Shown one piece after another: positions 36,026-48,283 of a stretch of DNA of 64,000 nt; positions within the stretch are counted from its first letter, which is position 1, and the number at the start of each line of letters is the position of its first letter. Below the pieces are notes generated by a model. The model was not told the DNA's origin. It saw only the letters and a program-made list of their open reading frames with translations, and ran no database searches. Both the position numbers and the translations under genes were made by a program. Origin of the DNA: Flaccisagitta enflata (Eukaryota); the NCBI GenBank assembly GCA_965153355.1, contig OZ231126.1, positions 11,160,001 to 11,224,000 on the forward strand. Reading direction: 5' to 3'.

Positions 36026-38324
36026 TAAAAATACGTGAACTGTATAATATTGTCTAATAAATTTATATACAGAACGGACTAAATTATATTTTTGCTGTTT
36101 TGGAAAGGCAATTATACACAATTTTATAGAAATTAAACAAAATTAGACAAAATTAGACAAAATTAGACAAAACTAGACAAAATTATACAGCTTTCTTGGA
36201 TCCTGAAACCGGAAGTAGACAAAATTATACAACAGAAATCTAATAGTTATAAAAGCAAAATATAATTATTATAAAGAATCTATATATTGATTATATTCTT
36301 AAAAAATAGTGATTATACCGCAACCTTCTAATGATTATATTAGGCTAGATTATAACAATCATATTTGCTCCGGGGGCCCAATAAAAAAACGGGACCTGGC
36401 GCTAGTTTTGATTGAAATACTCAAAACTACCGCCAGGTCCCGGTCGATTATTCAATCACGGATAATTACAAGGTGAGTAGTCCCTGTTTGCAGTCCGAAA
36501 CCATTAATGATGGACCAAACCCAAACAACTGTCGATTTGTTTCAACTACTCCAACGCAACTACTCATATTGTCAAGAACGTTGGCAACGATTGTTAGCGA
36601 TTAATGACTCACCAAAAACAAGCAGCTTTATAATTGTTGGATCCAATGCCACATCAACTGCTCCTGCCCAAATGTTCTGGTTACCTCACATATGGCCCGT
36701 GCCCACCCACCTTGTTTTAACCAATGCCACATCAATTGACTAACCTGACCAAAGCAGACAGATTCTAGATAGATAAGGCATTGTAAACATAACCAAAACG
36801 CAACAAATCCATTTCAAGTAAAAATAGTAGAATTGAACAAACACGAGTTTCACTTTTAATTATATCAAGAACAATATAACTGTTTTATTCATGGAAAATA
36901 TCATAGTGCTTTTCTCTGCAGTAGAATTTTACAGAAACCAAAAAATGAATAACAAATGATAACAATAGCCCTTCGAACTCCACGCATTAACAGGAGTGAT
37001 TTCCGTGAAAACTGGACAAATTTTTCATGATTACATAGAGAGGCTATTGAACATACAATTGTATGCAGCACCTTTTATTTCAAATCCACTACGTCAGGTG
37101 GGCAGGAGCATCCAACCTCCATCCACACTCCAACCCACCCCTAACACACAAACATACACAACAAGTGACGCGGGTTTACAATATCGTTGCAAAGGGGTTG
37201 GCAGGGATGGCCAACTCCCATCTACACTCAAGGCCCCACCCATACCCCTTCCCAACACAGAGACATACACAACTAGTCATCCAAGGATCGCACATGGTCA
37301 GCGGTACCCGATGCCCTGCTGAGTGATCAAGTGAAGAAGTGGAGTGAGAGCAGGGCAGCGACCCAAAAGGGCCAATGTCCTGTAGAACACAGGGGGGAAT
37401 TTCGAGACGTCCGTCCATCCTGATGGGGGCTCAAGATGGCTGATTTATGCCACTGAAGGCATATCTGAGGGTTGGAGAGCATAAGTAAGGCTTGGAGAGC
37501 AGATTTGAGGTTTGGCGGGCTGGTTTTAAGCTTGGAGGGCTAATTGAAGGTCTGGAGGGCAGATTTGAGGTCTGGGAGGCAGATTTAGGGCATGGGAGGG
37601 GGCTGATTAGAAGCCAAGAGGGCTGATTTTAGGCCTGGAGGGCTAAATTGAGTCCTGGGAGGCCTAATTTGAGGCCTTGATGGTCAACGGGGGGGGGGGG
37701 GGACGGAAGGACGGAAGGACGGACGTCTCGAAATTCCCCCCTGTGTTCTACAGGACATCGGCCCTTTGGGACCGCTGCCCAAAAAGCTTCTAAAATTCTC
37801 ATTTTACCACTTTTGACTCCATCACCTCTATGGACTGACAGATGGAGGGACCAACGGACCAACAGATGAAGCTCTGAAGCCTCTGTAGTCCGCCACTAAA
37901 AGTATCTAAACGCTCGTTTTCCCACTTTTCAACTTGATGACCCCAGACCGACGGATCGACCGATTGACGGACAGACAAAGCCTCTTTTAGAATTGCATGT
38001 CTGCAACTAAAAAGAAAGTTTGACGGACCTGCGGACAGATGGACCAAGGGAGCAAGGGACCAACAGACAAAGCGGGTTGTAGAGTTGCGTGCACGCAACT
38101 AAAAAGAGACAGAGATTGAATAACTAAAACAGACAGGCACTCAACCAGACAGCATGAGATGCACATAGAAGATCATGCACTGAACAAAGCTGAAAAAGCA
38201 AATGGTGAGCGACCGACAAACTGACCAACCCAGATAGCAATTATTAGAGTTGTGTAGCATGCAACAAAAGACAGACTCCCATTTACTGGTCCGGTCAATG
38301 CTCAAAAAGCTAAAATCTCGTGCA

Positions 38325-38930
38325 CTGTGGTAGACTTAGACTCGAAAGATTTCCTAGGTCAGTCAGTAGCTCAGTCTTTTGCATGGACCTGCTCAGCGCT
38401 TTCAATAATGCACGTTTCAAATTTCAAGGTTCTGGCTCAAATACTTTAGAAATTATGAGCATTTGTTTGAACCATATCAAAATGAAATAGTTCCAGGAGA
38501 ATTTTTAAACTTTCTTTGAAAATATGGCCAGCAGTGAATTTCAACCGAGTCCAAGTTTCTTGAAAAAAAAGTAAAGTTACAGGATTTTGGATCTAGGCGA
38601 ATCAAACAATTTCCTATTGATTGCGCCCTACTATTAAAAACCATTTTTCAAAAAAATATTTTGTGATTTTTTTTCTAAGTCCTCAACGCGTGACACAAAA
38701 ATTTTCAAAGTTTTTTTGAAAAAAGTGAAAATGCAAGATTTTGGATCTAGGCGAATCAAACAATTTCCTATCGATTGCACCCCACTTTTTTTTTTCAAAA
38801 AAAAATCCTCATTAAGGGCTTTTTTGGGGCCCTTAGGGGCCTCTAAGACGTTCAAAATTTTGGTTTATGAGATCAACAGAGTTATGTGCATACACCAAGG
38901 TATCTTTCAGGACCAAATTAAGGCTGATTG
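38325..38930. repeat. Dispersed repeat with an inverted copy at ~57020-57447
   Basis: GCACGTTTCAAATTTCAAGGTTCTGGCTCAAATACTTTAGAA and the flanking blocks occur in reverse complement at 57320-57362 and on either side. Confidence 0.75.
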
Positions 38931-39119
38931 ATTAGACCTCAAGCTCATGCTGTTAATCCCTCTGGCCCCGCCGCATTTAAAAGAGAAATCGGAAAATTCA
39001 CCAGGACTCAGATTCCGGATGTAAGGTCAATCTCTAACTGTGGTCCCCAAAATGAAAATTTGGGCGCCAACTTAAAAAAAATTTGAGTTTCCCACCTACA
39101 AAGGTTATCCAGAATCTAA

Positions 39120-39580
39120 TAGTCGCAAAAGCGTTAGATGGTCAGCGGTACCCATGCCCTGCTTAAGTGGGTTGTGGTTGAAGTTTAGGGGGGAGCAGGG
39201 CAGCGGCCCTGAAGGAGTCGATGACCTATGCTTTCACACACATGGGGAATTTTCTCCTCCTTCGCCTTCTCCTCCTCCTCCTCCTCCGCACCCCTCCCCC
39301 CTCCCCCAGCCTCCAGGCCCATATCTCAGCCTAGAGGCCCAAATCCCTAGAGACTGGAATCTGGGCCTTGGGGTTGGAATTTGGGCCTTGAGGGTGGAAT
39401 TTGGGCCTCAAGACTGGGATTTGGGCCTCGAGGCTGGAATATGGGCCTCCAGGCTGAGATATGGGCCTAGAGGCTGGGGGGAGGGGGGGGTACGAAGGAG
39501 GAGAAGGAGAAGAAGGAGAAAATTCCCTATATGTGTGAAAGCATAGGTCATCGACCCCTTTGGGGCCGCTGCCCAAAAAA
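39120..39580 (-). mobile_element. Minisatellite-carrying element, family C (representative copy)
   Basis: ~55-bp inverted blocks GGGCAGCGGCCCC..GATGACCTATGCTTTCACACA flank a ~20-bp tandem array (GAGGCTGGGATTTGGGCCTC-like). One end is a T-run and the other is GCTTTTGCGACTA. Copies at 3368-3958, 10408-11004, 37295-37785, 44920-45541 and 45934-46478. Confidence 0.8.
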
Positions 39581-40239
39581 AGGGCTAACTGATAATATTT
39601 GACGTGCCGGATCTAATGGTGACGCCAGCAGGCGTGCAGCCATAACAATTTTAGAGAAAAAAGGTGCATATTTCATAAATAGCCGACAATTATAGGTTTT
39701 TCTTGCTGTTGGTTTGTATCTGATGAGTTGCTCTTTGGTAAGGGTTGAGATGGATTTTGATAATTTTAAGGAAAGTAGTGAGGGGTGCGCATTAAACTCC
39801 AGTAAGAGCTCCCAAGGCTCTTGTCCTTATTTTTTGGTTTTGATGAAATGTTGTCCACTGTCATATTGATATTCAATGCACAGTGCGCCACAAATAATAA
39901 ATTCAGGCGCAAAATTAAAAAATTCAACATTTCTTAGCCACAAAAAAACCACATCGCTGAAAATTTCATAGTTGATAGTTTTTGATATGCCAGTACTAAT
40001 AGTAATGTCCGTAGGCGCATTGAACCTACGGTTTCTGTGATACAGACAAGCAAAGTCAGACTTATCAAAAGACTTGGCCAAAGACATCTCATGAAGAGAA
40101 AAGGTTATGGGTCGTACTAGCACTCTTCATATTAGGATTTGTTTCATATCTAACGAATGAATAATGATATTCTCCAGGTGTGTCCAAACTTTTTTCTTAG
40201 GTAGTAGCTGGTTGTTTAGTTGTGTGATTTTGAATATTC

Positions 40240-41014
40240 TGTTGTGCCCGGATATCCGTTCTTTTGCCCCTCTCATCTATCGTCTTTCCCTTTTCCTTTC
40301 TATCCCGGCCCCTCTTTGCTATCGCTGCCTCACTTTCTTCTATCTTTCTTACCGCCGCCTCTATTCTTTTCCTCCTTCGCTAAGCGTCTACTTTCTCTCC
40401 CAACGGAGAGCCTGGTTCACGTCCTGGTCCACGATATCTGAGTCTAAGAAGTCCCGAGCCAAGTCCAAGCCCCAGTCTGCAGGCTCGCAGCTGGTGCAAA
40501 GCCGACGACGACGGTGAAGACGATACAGAGTGGAGGCGCTCTGCCAATGAGCAACTGAGGAAGACCGGTTCGCTATCTCTCTCTCCTTCTCTGCGATCTA
40601 ATAAATGCGCGGAGCTCTGAGGAGCATTCGATTTTCTACGACATAGCCTGTGACCCGTTTACCGTCGCTTTGACCTGTTATTTTCGACGCGAATATTCTA
40701 ACCTTAACGTTATTCCTCCCCCCCCCCCCCCGTCTGTCTCTCCCCCTTTGTGTTATTGCTGCTCTTGTCCGTCGGTATTCTGTCCCTGTTTGATTATATG
40801 ATTATTTATTTGTTCGTATGTCGGGGTTTAGTTTATTAGGTTCCTCCCTTTGAGGCAGTTTTATCTGGGACCCGTAGATATAGGGGGGTTTTCCCGCGCT
40901 GTTATTAGGTTCCCCCTTGATAGCAGATCAGGCAGGCGAAGCATTCATGATTTACTTGGGAGTTAGGCAGATAGATAGGTTCTTCGCCCCGGGGCTTCTC
41001 CCCTGGGCACTACA
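40240..41014 (+). repeat. 5' LTR (775 bp)
   Basis: TGTTGTGCCC...GGGCACTACA; internal AATAAA near 40600; aligns by eye to 52086-52821. Confidence 0.92.
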
Positions 41015-41017
41015 TTT

Positions 41018-41035
41018 TGGTACATCAGGCCGGTT
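41018..41035 (+). promoter_or_regulatory. Putative primer-binding site
   Basis: TGGTACATCAGGCCGGTT begins 3 nt after the 5' LTR, and TGG is complementary to tRNA CCA. I could not identify the cognate tRNA. Confidence 0.5.
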
Positions 41036-41481
41036 TGGTCTTTTCCACTAGGGAAAAGAGTAACCCCAGCCACCCCCCCCCCTCTTTTAGCTAAGGACCC
41101 AGAATCAGCTTGTTTTTGACTTGGTTGTCTGGCTGTGAGACTTCCGTCCTGGGCCGGAACAACCTATAGGCATATTAGGCACTGCCTAGGGCCCCGCGCC
41201 CAAGGGAGAAAAAAAGAAAAAGAAGGAAGAGGAAAGAAGGGGAAAGGAGAAAAATGAAAAAGAGAAAGAGGGAGAGGAAGAAGAAGAGGAAGGGGAAAAA
41301 AAGAAAAAGAAAAGGAAACGGAAAAGGTAAAGGAGAAGGATAAAAAGGAAAAGATAGAAAAGGGGAAGAGTAAGAGATTTGCTTATAAAAAGCTGAGCAA
41401 TCTTTTTGGTATTTAGAAAAATCTGAAAGGAGCTAAAAATGAAGTGATTAGAAAATATTCCCAAAGCTTAGACATGGCATA

Positions 41482-42091
41482 CACGCCATATTTTTTATTA
41501 GAACACAGTTTTTTGAAGTGAGGCTCAGCGTTCTTTTTTTACAACTAATTTTTAGGCTCAGACATTCTTAACCCATTCTTATTTTTGAAATATTGGAATG
41601 TCTGTATCAAAGCAGCTAGCTATTTGTAATCAATAAAATAGATCTACTTTATTCTAAGTCCATACAAAACTTTGTCTTTGTGAGCTATAAAATTTTTAAA
41701 AAAGGTAAATAGTAAAGATAAAGGTTAGGTTCAGGTTAGAGGACTCTGTACAACTTTTTTAAGTATTTCCATAAAAATTCATATCAAAGCGTACAGTTCA
41801 ACTTTGCAATAACGGACCCAAGAGTAACGGAAACCCAGCAGAAGCGGAAAGACTTCTTAAGTCCCTGCAATTTTCCTTCTATTTCTTTGTAAAAAAATTT
41901 CGTTAAAACCGGACCCATCTGTACCGAGAAGTTCGCCTAATTTGGATGACCTGAGCGGTCCGAAGGGCGATAATCCCTAGGCCAATAACGGAAAATCAAT
42001 ATCCATCAATGGCGATCGCCGCGAAGTCAGTGGTGAAATTGTCGGGCATCAATAGAGACTAGAGTCAGGATTTGTGACTCACAAAATAAGG

Positions 42092-42165
<74 letters not shown>

Positions 42166-42944
42166 TTCAGAGAAGAAAGAGCCGCGCCGGGGCCTCTTTG
42201 ACTGAAGATGTATAATTGACCCACTACTCAATAACTTTATCCATCTCCAACGATCATCTTACAACAAGGCTGGATACACGGCTACCCTAGTCGCGTGCGG
42301 GTGGGAAGGAGCAGTGCTCAAGAAGGTCACTGGGGTATTGAGCAGGAGCAGTACGCTTACAAAGCTCAAAAACGCCAAAAAAGTAAAAAGGGGACCGACC
42401 AACCGACCGACATAGCGGGGTGTAGAGTTGCGTAGCAAGTGACTAAAATTGACTTAACCAAAGAATGAGAGGATTCGTTTCTCCATCGCCAAAAAAGTGG
42501 AGGTACTCGATCTAATAAATAAAGGAAACCCGCGCACACAGACATTGGTCACACATATATCATCGCCTCCAGTACTCTTTTTGACTTCTTCAAAAATGGA
42601 AAAAAGATTTAAGACGTCATTGCTCTTTACTTATTTATTGCCATTTTTGCTTTTCATATCATCTTTTTGTTATTCTATTTTGCTCTTTCATCCTGCGTCT
42701 ATACTTTTGTTGTTCTTTGCTTAATTTTGATCAAGAATAGAGAAATTGGCAACACCAGAATTCGGCACAACCGGAAAAAAACAACTAGTCCCTTGAGATC
42801 CGTTATTGCGGGGTTCCACTGTACTTTAAAATACATTTATGCCAATATCTGAGCCTGAGCATGTTCTTAAGATGTTCTTATTTTTTTTACTAAATCTGAG
42901 GCTGATGTTCTTATAAACAGTGTTCTTAGACAAAATACAGCATG
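41482..42944. mobile_element. TA-flanked MITE inserted in the hAT transposase
   Basis: TA on both sides and imperfect TIRs (CACGCCATATTTT..AGAACAC / GTGTTCTTA..AAAATACAGCATG). Its removal restores the transposase frame. It shares TAAGAAC/GAGGCTCAG subterminal motifs with 26511-28033. Confidence 0.7.
41794..42821 (+). mobile_element. pogo/Tigger-like element remnant nested in that MITE
   Basis: TA-CAGT...ACTG-TA ends with ~26-bp imperfect TIRs sharing GCAATAACGGA. The internal peptide RIRFSIAKKVEVLDLINKGNPRTQ (42470-42541) resembles the CENP-B/psq-type HTH N-terminus of pogo transposases. Confidence 0.65.
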
Positions 42945-44014
42945 TACCTTGAAGATCTTGAAGACCACCTAAGTGAGGAACTGATTCAATTTTCAGCCCT
43001 CTTAAAAACAGATTTGGGGCTTGTATGGATAAAAAATGAATGAAGAGGTACAAATGTACAAACTGATAAAAGAAAATGGCCTTGAATCCGCTTATTCCAA
43101 TGTCAACATAGTATTGCGCATATATCTGTCCCTTATGGTGACTTATTGTAATGGGGAAAGGTCTTTCTCAAAATTGAAATGTGTAAAAAATCAGCAAAGG
43201 ACTTCTCTTGGCCATGACAAGCTTAATTACCTAACTCTATTAAGCATTGAATATAAAGTATTAAGTATTAAGTATTGAGCATGAGCTGTTGAATGAAATA
43301 GAGATAAAAGATATCATAAAAAAGTTTGCCCCGCAGAAGGCAAGAAAACGATGTATGTAAACTGATGAGCCTTGCAACCAGTTGCTCTCAAAATCAGTTT
43401 TTTTTACCTGTGCAATATAGCTTGACTACAGATCAACTCAAGCTTCTAACTGTTTTGTTCTCAACAAGGGTGATACCTATTTTTTTAAAACATGCATCAT
43501 TTTTTTTCTTAATTGAGAACTATATTGTGCTTGAAAAAAATTTAAAACATGATATGCTTGAGTATTTTGCATATTCATCACATGATCAAAGTTGCTTGTG
43601 CACGCCATTTGCTTGTGCATTGGTGTTTTCTGATACTTTTGCACTAATATTATTTATGCCAACAAATGAACTTCAGCTTTATTTTTTTACAAAAAAAGCC
43701 TTAAATTTCGAGGTGCTTATGCTTATGATTGAGCTCTTTTGATTGGGATAGTCCATGATATTCATTCAATGGAATCTTAGTTATATGGCTTTTTCAATCA
43801 GTGGAGTTTCAGGTTAAGTTCTACAACACTGAACCTTGAATAAAAAGATATTTTCAAAGTGGCTTTTTATTCCTCTTATCTGGACTGTTTGCTTGTGCAC
43901 TGGTCAAATTAGTTGTGCTTTCATACTCAGCTTTGACAGGATCAAAAGTTGCTTGTTCACGCCATTTGCTTGTGCAATGGTCTTTTTTGATGCTTTTGCA
44001 TGGATTCTGTTTAT

Positions 44015-44132
44015 GCTAATGGACCTGTTTGGAAACAAGTCTTCGGACTTTCATCGGCCATCCTTGATTCTGACTTTACATCGCTGATTGTATTGGTTGT
44101 TACGAATCTAAATAAATTCATTCATTCATTCA
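44015..44132 (+). mobile_element. Very short L2/CR1-type LINE 3' end inserted in the hAT
   Basis: ATGGACCTGTTTGGAAACAAG ... AATAAA(TTCA)n tail, resembling the 3' UTR of the LINE at 25686-26088. It interrupts one copy of the hAT tandem duplication. Confidence 0.5.
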
Positions 44133-46915
44133 GATTTATTTTTACAAAAAAGCCTTAAATTTCAAGGTGTTTAAGCTTATGCTTGAGCTCTGTTGATTGG
44201 CATGGTCCATGATATCCATTTAATGGATTCTTAGTAACATGGCTGTCTTAATCATTGGAGTTTCAGGTTAAGCTCTACAACATTGAATGAAAAATTGCTT
44301 GTGCAATGGTCAAGTTAGTTGTGCTTTCATTCTCAGCTTGAACAGGATCAAAAGTGATAATGCCTCTGCATTGAGAGTTTGAATTCTTGCTCAAACAGCT
44401 ATGGCTTTATCTTATTTATACAAAGCATTACAAAGAAGTTCAAAGTTTATAGTTCAAAGTTCAAAGTTCGAAGTTTCAACGTGGCAGCATGTTGCATCTA
44501 GTGGGGGGCCCCGCTACCTGAAGTGCCTAGGGCCCCGCACATGGTTGTTCCGGCCCAGCTTCCGTCCATCTAGTTTGCCCGTTTTTTTATATCAGGTACC
44601 ATTTCTACCCCCATTTGTGGGATTTTGTCAATTGGTAAGTGTGTTTAAGCAGACCCCATCAAAGTCCCCAGATGGTATAGGTCAACCGGCAGTTGTTAGG
44701 TCCATTAGGACCTCTCTGCTGATTTTTGTGTCTGAAGTTTGTCCTTCTGGTCTGTTCTTTTCTTGTCTCTATTCTTACCTATATGGAAGGTCGGTCTGTT
44801 TGCTGTCCCGGGTTGCATTGCACGAGTTCCCCTGTTAGCTTTTTGATGTAGATCTGGGCTAGTAGCGGCATGTCTGCACAACTGTGGCGATCCTTCGAAC
44901 GTTCAGACTAGGACCCCCCTTTTGGGCAGCGGCCCCGGAGGGGCCGATGACCTATGATTCCACATAGGGCAATTTTTTCCGGTTTCCGTCCGTCCCCCCC
45001 CTCCCCTAAGCCTCAAATAAAGCCTCTCAGACCCCAATTCAGGCCTTTTCGACTCTAAATCAGACCTTTCCGACCCCAAATTAGGCTTCTCAGACCTCAA
45101 ATCAGGCCTCCCAGACCCCAAATCAGGCCTCCCAGACCCCAAATCAGGCCTCTCAGACCCCATATCAGGCCTCCCAGACCCCAGATCAGGCTTCTCAGAC
45201 CTCAAATTAGGCCTTACAGATCCAAATCAGGCCTCAGATCCCATGTCAGGCTTTTCAGACCCCAAATTAGACCCCTCAGATCCAAATAAGGCCTTTCAGA
45301 CCCCAAATCAAGCCTCTCAGACCCAAAACCACGCCTCTCACAACCTAAATCAGACCTTTCTGACCCAAAATCAGGCCTCTCAGCCCTCCAAACCAGCTTC
45401 TCAAACCAGAGAAAATTGTCCTATGTGGAATCATAGGTCATCGGCCCCTCCGGGGCCGCTGCCCCTCTCATAATCTCATTCCCACATACACTAGCTTGGG
45501 GGCATCGGGTAACGCTGACCATGTAACGCTTTTGCGACTATTTGGTTTTTTTTTTTACTTTGGGGTGGATCTTGTGGCTGAGACTCTGCACCCAAACCCT
45601 TTACCAACGGAGCAAGTCTCCAGCGCAGTTGGTAACAGATAGCTCGATAGTACAACGCGAGATCTCAGGCAAATGGTACCTCTTCTACCTTCAGACTCGG
45701 ACACAGCTAGACAGCATGATAACTATTAAATAGATAACTAAGCCATGATTAGTCTGTTCGTCAAGCAGCACACCCCCCCCACCCGACCATCCAATAACTC
45801 GTCTCTAGAAAATCCATTTTGTCCACTTCCAGTGGCACCTTTGTGCCAGCGAATATAATAGGCTACTGCCCTATTTGTTTTAACCTTGCCAAATTTTAAC
45901 CCTTGTTGACCACTCTTTCGAGACACTACGTAGAATAGTCGCAAAAGCGTTAGATGCTCAGCGGTACCCGTTGCCCCTGTGAGTGTGTGTGGATGTGTGA
46001 TGGTGAGAGGGGCAGCGGCCCCGAAGGGGCCGATGACCTATGCTTAGTTATTTTGGAGGCTTTATGTTGGGACTTGAGCCTAGAGGCTGCAATTTGAGGT
46101 TGGAGGCTGGAATTGGGGCCATATGGCTGGATATTTAGCCTCATGGCTGGATTCTGGGCTTTGAGGCTTGATTCTGAGCCTTGAGGCTGGATTTTAGGCT
46201 CTGAGGCTGGAATCTGAGGCTTAAAGCTGGAATATGAGCCTTCAGGTCGGAATTTGAGCCGCTAGGCTGGATTTTTGGCTTAGTTTAGATTTAAGGGTCG
46301 AGGGGGTGGACAGAGAAGGAGGAGAAGAGGGAGGAGAAGTGGAGAGGCTGGAGAGGCTGGAGAGGCTGGATTCTGGGCTTTGAGGCTCAATTTGAGCCTT
46401 CAGGCTGGATTTTAAGCTTTGAGGCTAAAATTTGAGGCTAGTAGCTGGAATTTAAGCCTCAAGGCTAATAATTGAGCGACGGCTGACTCGTGTAATACGT
46501 GGACATAACTTTGGTAGTGGTCGCTTAGGGAACCTTTTACGATGCTATACAGAAGGTATCTTGATAGTAACACTCACTTAATTAAAGCCAAGCTCAGGGA
46601 GTATAGGCTTTATCTATAGAAACACCAAAGCTGTTTTTTGTTCAGACTCCACTCGTGGAGTGTTTTTTTTTTACCGCCATTTTTTTTTCTCTTTTTTTAT
46701 CTCTTTATTTTGCGCCAAAGCATTAAGGGGATCACCGGGTGCAGACCCTTAGGATTACACCATTTTCTTTCTTCATTTCTTCCGCTTGGTTTCAAAAAGG
46801 GAACAATATATTGAATTTGATACGAGTAAATTAAGGCCAAACCTAGGAGGTAAAAGCTTTGAACATCGAAGTGGTTCCTTGTTCAACGTTATCGTCTCTA
46901 TGCTGAAAGTGGAAA

Positions 46916-48283
46916 ATGGGCGCAGAAGTGTCTAAAATCCCCGAACTTGTCCAAGATAGGATTTTAAATTACCTGTTGGTCACCAATGCCGTGACTCTCA
47001 GCCACATGGATGATGATATCGATAGCATGGTGAAGATGAATCATCAATTTTGGTTAAGGAAAGCCAAACTTCTTCATTTTCTTGACCCATTTACATTTCG
47101 ATCCTTGGACCACGCTCCATGCCTGCGGCTTCATGAAGTCCGGCGCGAGGTTGTCAAAGCTGACAACATGCTGCAGCGTGCATGACAACGATTGGATGAA
47201 CGTCAAGATATTGAAACGCAAAAGAATGTTGGGTCGGAGATTACCTTCATCGTTGTTGACAAAATGCTTTGCAATGTTGCAGTTCAACTCTCCAATAACA
47301 TCACGCAAATCTATTCGCTAGAGAGGTTTGATGACCCTCCCACAATCGTTGATAACCCACACGCTATTAATGAAATCATGATAAATGGCGAATATCTCTT
47401 CTTCTGCCCACCAATGAATCGCGCTCGTCATCACACCGATGCCATTCGTTGGACCCCATATGACAACTACCCGCATTTATCTCATCCACTCACCGAGCAC
47501 TTAGGACCGTCATTCGGTGATATTGAAATCTTGCGACCCTTCGCGCCGCCCCCTGGCAAATGTTATCCAGTATCTCACTTTGGAAAGAAGATGGTGATCC
47601 CAGATTATCGAATGAGGAAGTCTACTCAGATGCTGCTAGTACATGATCCGATCAGCAACAGCCTTTTGTCCTACCTACTCACCACTTTCTCCTTCAACCC
47701 ATCCGCAATTAAGTATCGTCTTGAGCCTGATGAGAAACTACGCGATCACGCAGCTAGAGAATATCTCGTCATCATGGTCATCGAAATACAGGGGTGTCTC
47801 ATTTATCGATCTTACAACCCGGTCGCCCATGAAGTCATTCGCCAATTCCGCCTCACCCCCAACGTCACTAACAAGCGGCCCTACATCATCTTCCCATACG
47901 TCCTCTTGTACGAGACTCGCACAGGCTATGTTTGGCCCATTGGTGCGGCGGTCAATCTGCCACGTGGTTATCAGCCTGGCCGCATCTGCTTTGAGGCATA
48001 TCACATCCCATCCCAACACACGTCAGTTGACCTCTGCTTTACGATGGGGCCGAGCCTTCCACACTTTATTCCATCTTCAAGGAGCTTCTTTGCTTTCTTC
48101 GGCGAACCACATCAATGGAGTGTTGAGACTCTTCTCGTTGATGAACTGACCAATTCAAACGAGAATATTCAGGATCCGTTTTTTGATTTTACTGACTCCC
48201 CAGTCTTTGCATCTTTGGGACTTTCTATCTTCTACGCTAAAAATAATAGCACCTTAATCTACAAACGCTATGCCATTTCTTAG
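46916..48283 (+). pseudogene. Intronless F-box / beta-propeller-like ORF inside the LTR element, one in-frame TGA at 47183-47185
   Basis: ORFs 46916-47185 and 47192-48283 are in the same frame (offset 276 nt), giving ~455 codons. The N-terminus MGAEVSK fits the myristoylation pattern MGxxxSK. IPELVQDRILNYLLVTNAVTLSHMDDDIDSMVKMNHQFW has F-box consensus spacing (LPxExxxxILxxL...L...W). The C-terminal part is beta-strand-like, with a WD40-like first blade (GSEITFIVVDKMLCNVAVQLSNNITQIYSL). Confidence 0.7.

Larger units (their letters stand above)
41381..43358 (+). pseudogene. hAT transposase C-terminal remnant (ZMYM1-like/Tip100-type dimerisation domain)
   Basis: AYKKLSNLFGI*...SQSLDMAY | LEDLEDHLSEELIQFSALL is contiguous once the 41482-42944 insert is removed. 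It continues MYKLIKENGLESAYSNVNIVLRIYLSLMVTYCNGERSFSKLKCVKNQQRTSLGHDKLNYLTLLSIE, containing the ERSFSKL hATC motif. Stops and frameshifts are present. Confidence 0.88.
41149..44558 (+). mobile_element. hAT DNA transposon (internally deleted) inserted in the LTR element
   Basis: Perfect 16-bp TIR CTGGGCCGGAACAACC (41149-41164 / 44543-44558) and perfect 8-bp TSD CTTCCGTC (41141-41148 / 44559-44566). Contains a transposase remnant and a ~355-bp tandem duplication (~43585-44355). Confidence 0.93.

Noticed and set aside
39827-40123. 98-aa minus-strand ORF beside the 5' LTR
   Set aside because: No recognisable motif, and it lies outside the TSD. Possibly decayed TE sequence.
40164-40517. ORFs in the LTRs (also 52048-52456)
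   Set aside because: Short, low-complexity ORFs whose starts lie in non-shared flanking sequence. They are duplicated only because the LTR is duplicated.
44567-45933. Possible gag/pol remnants in the native interior of the LTR element
   Set aside because: I translated parts by eye and found no CCHC, protease, RT, RNase H or integrase motifs. A tBLASTX/HMM search would be needed to exclude highly decayed remnants.
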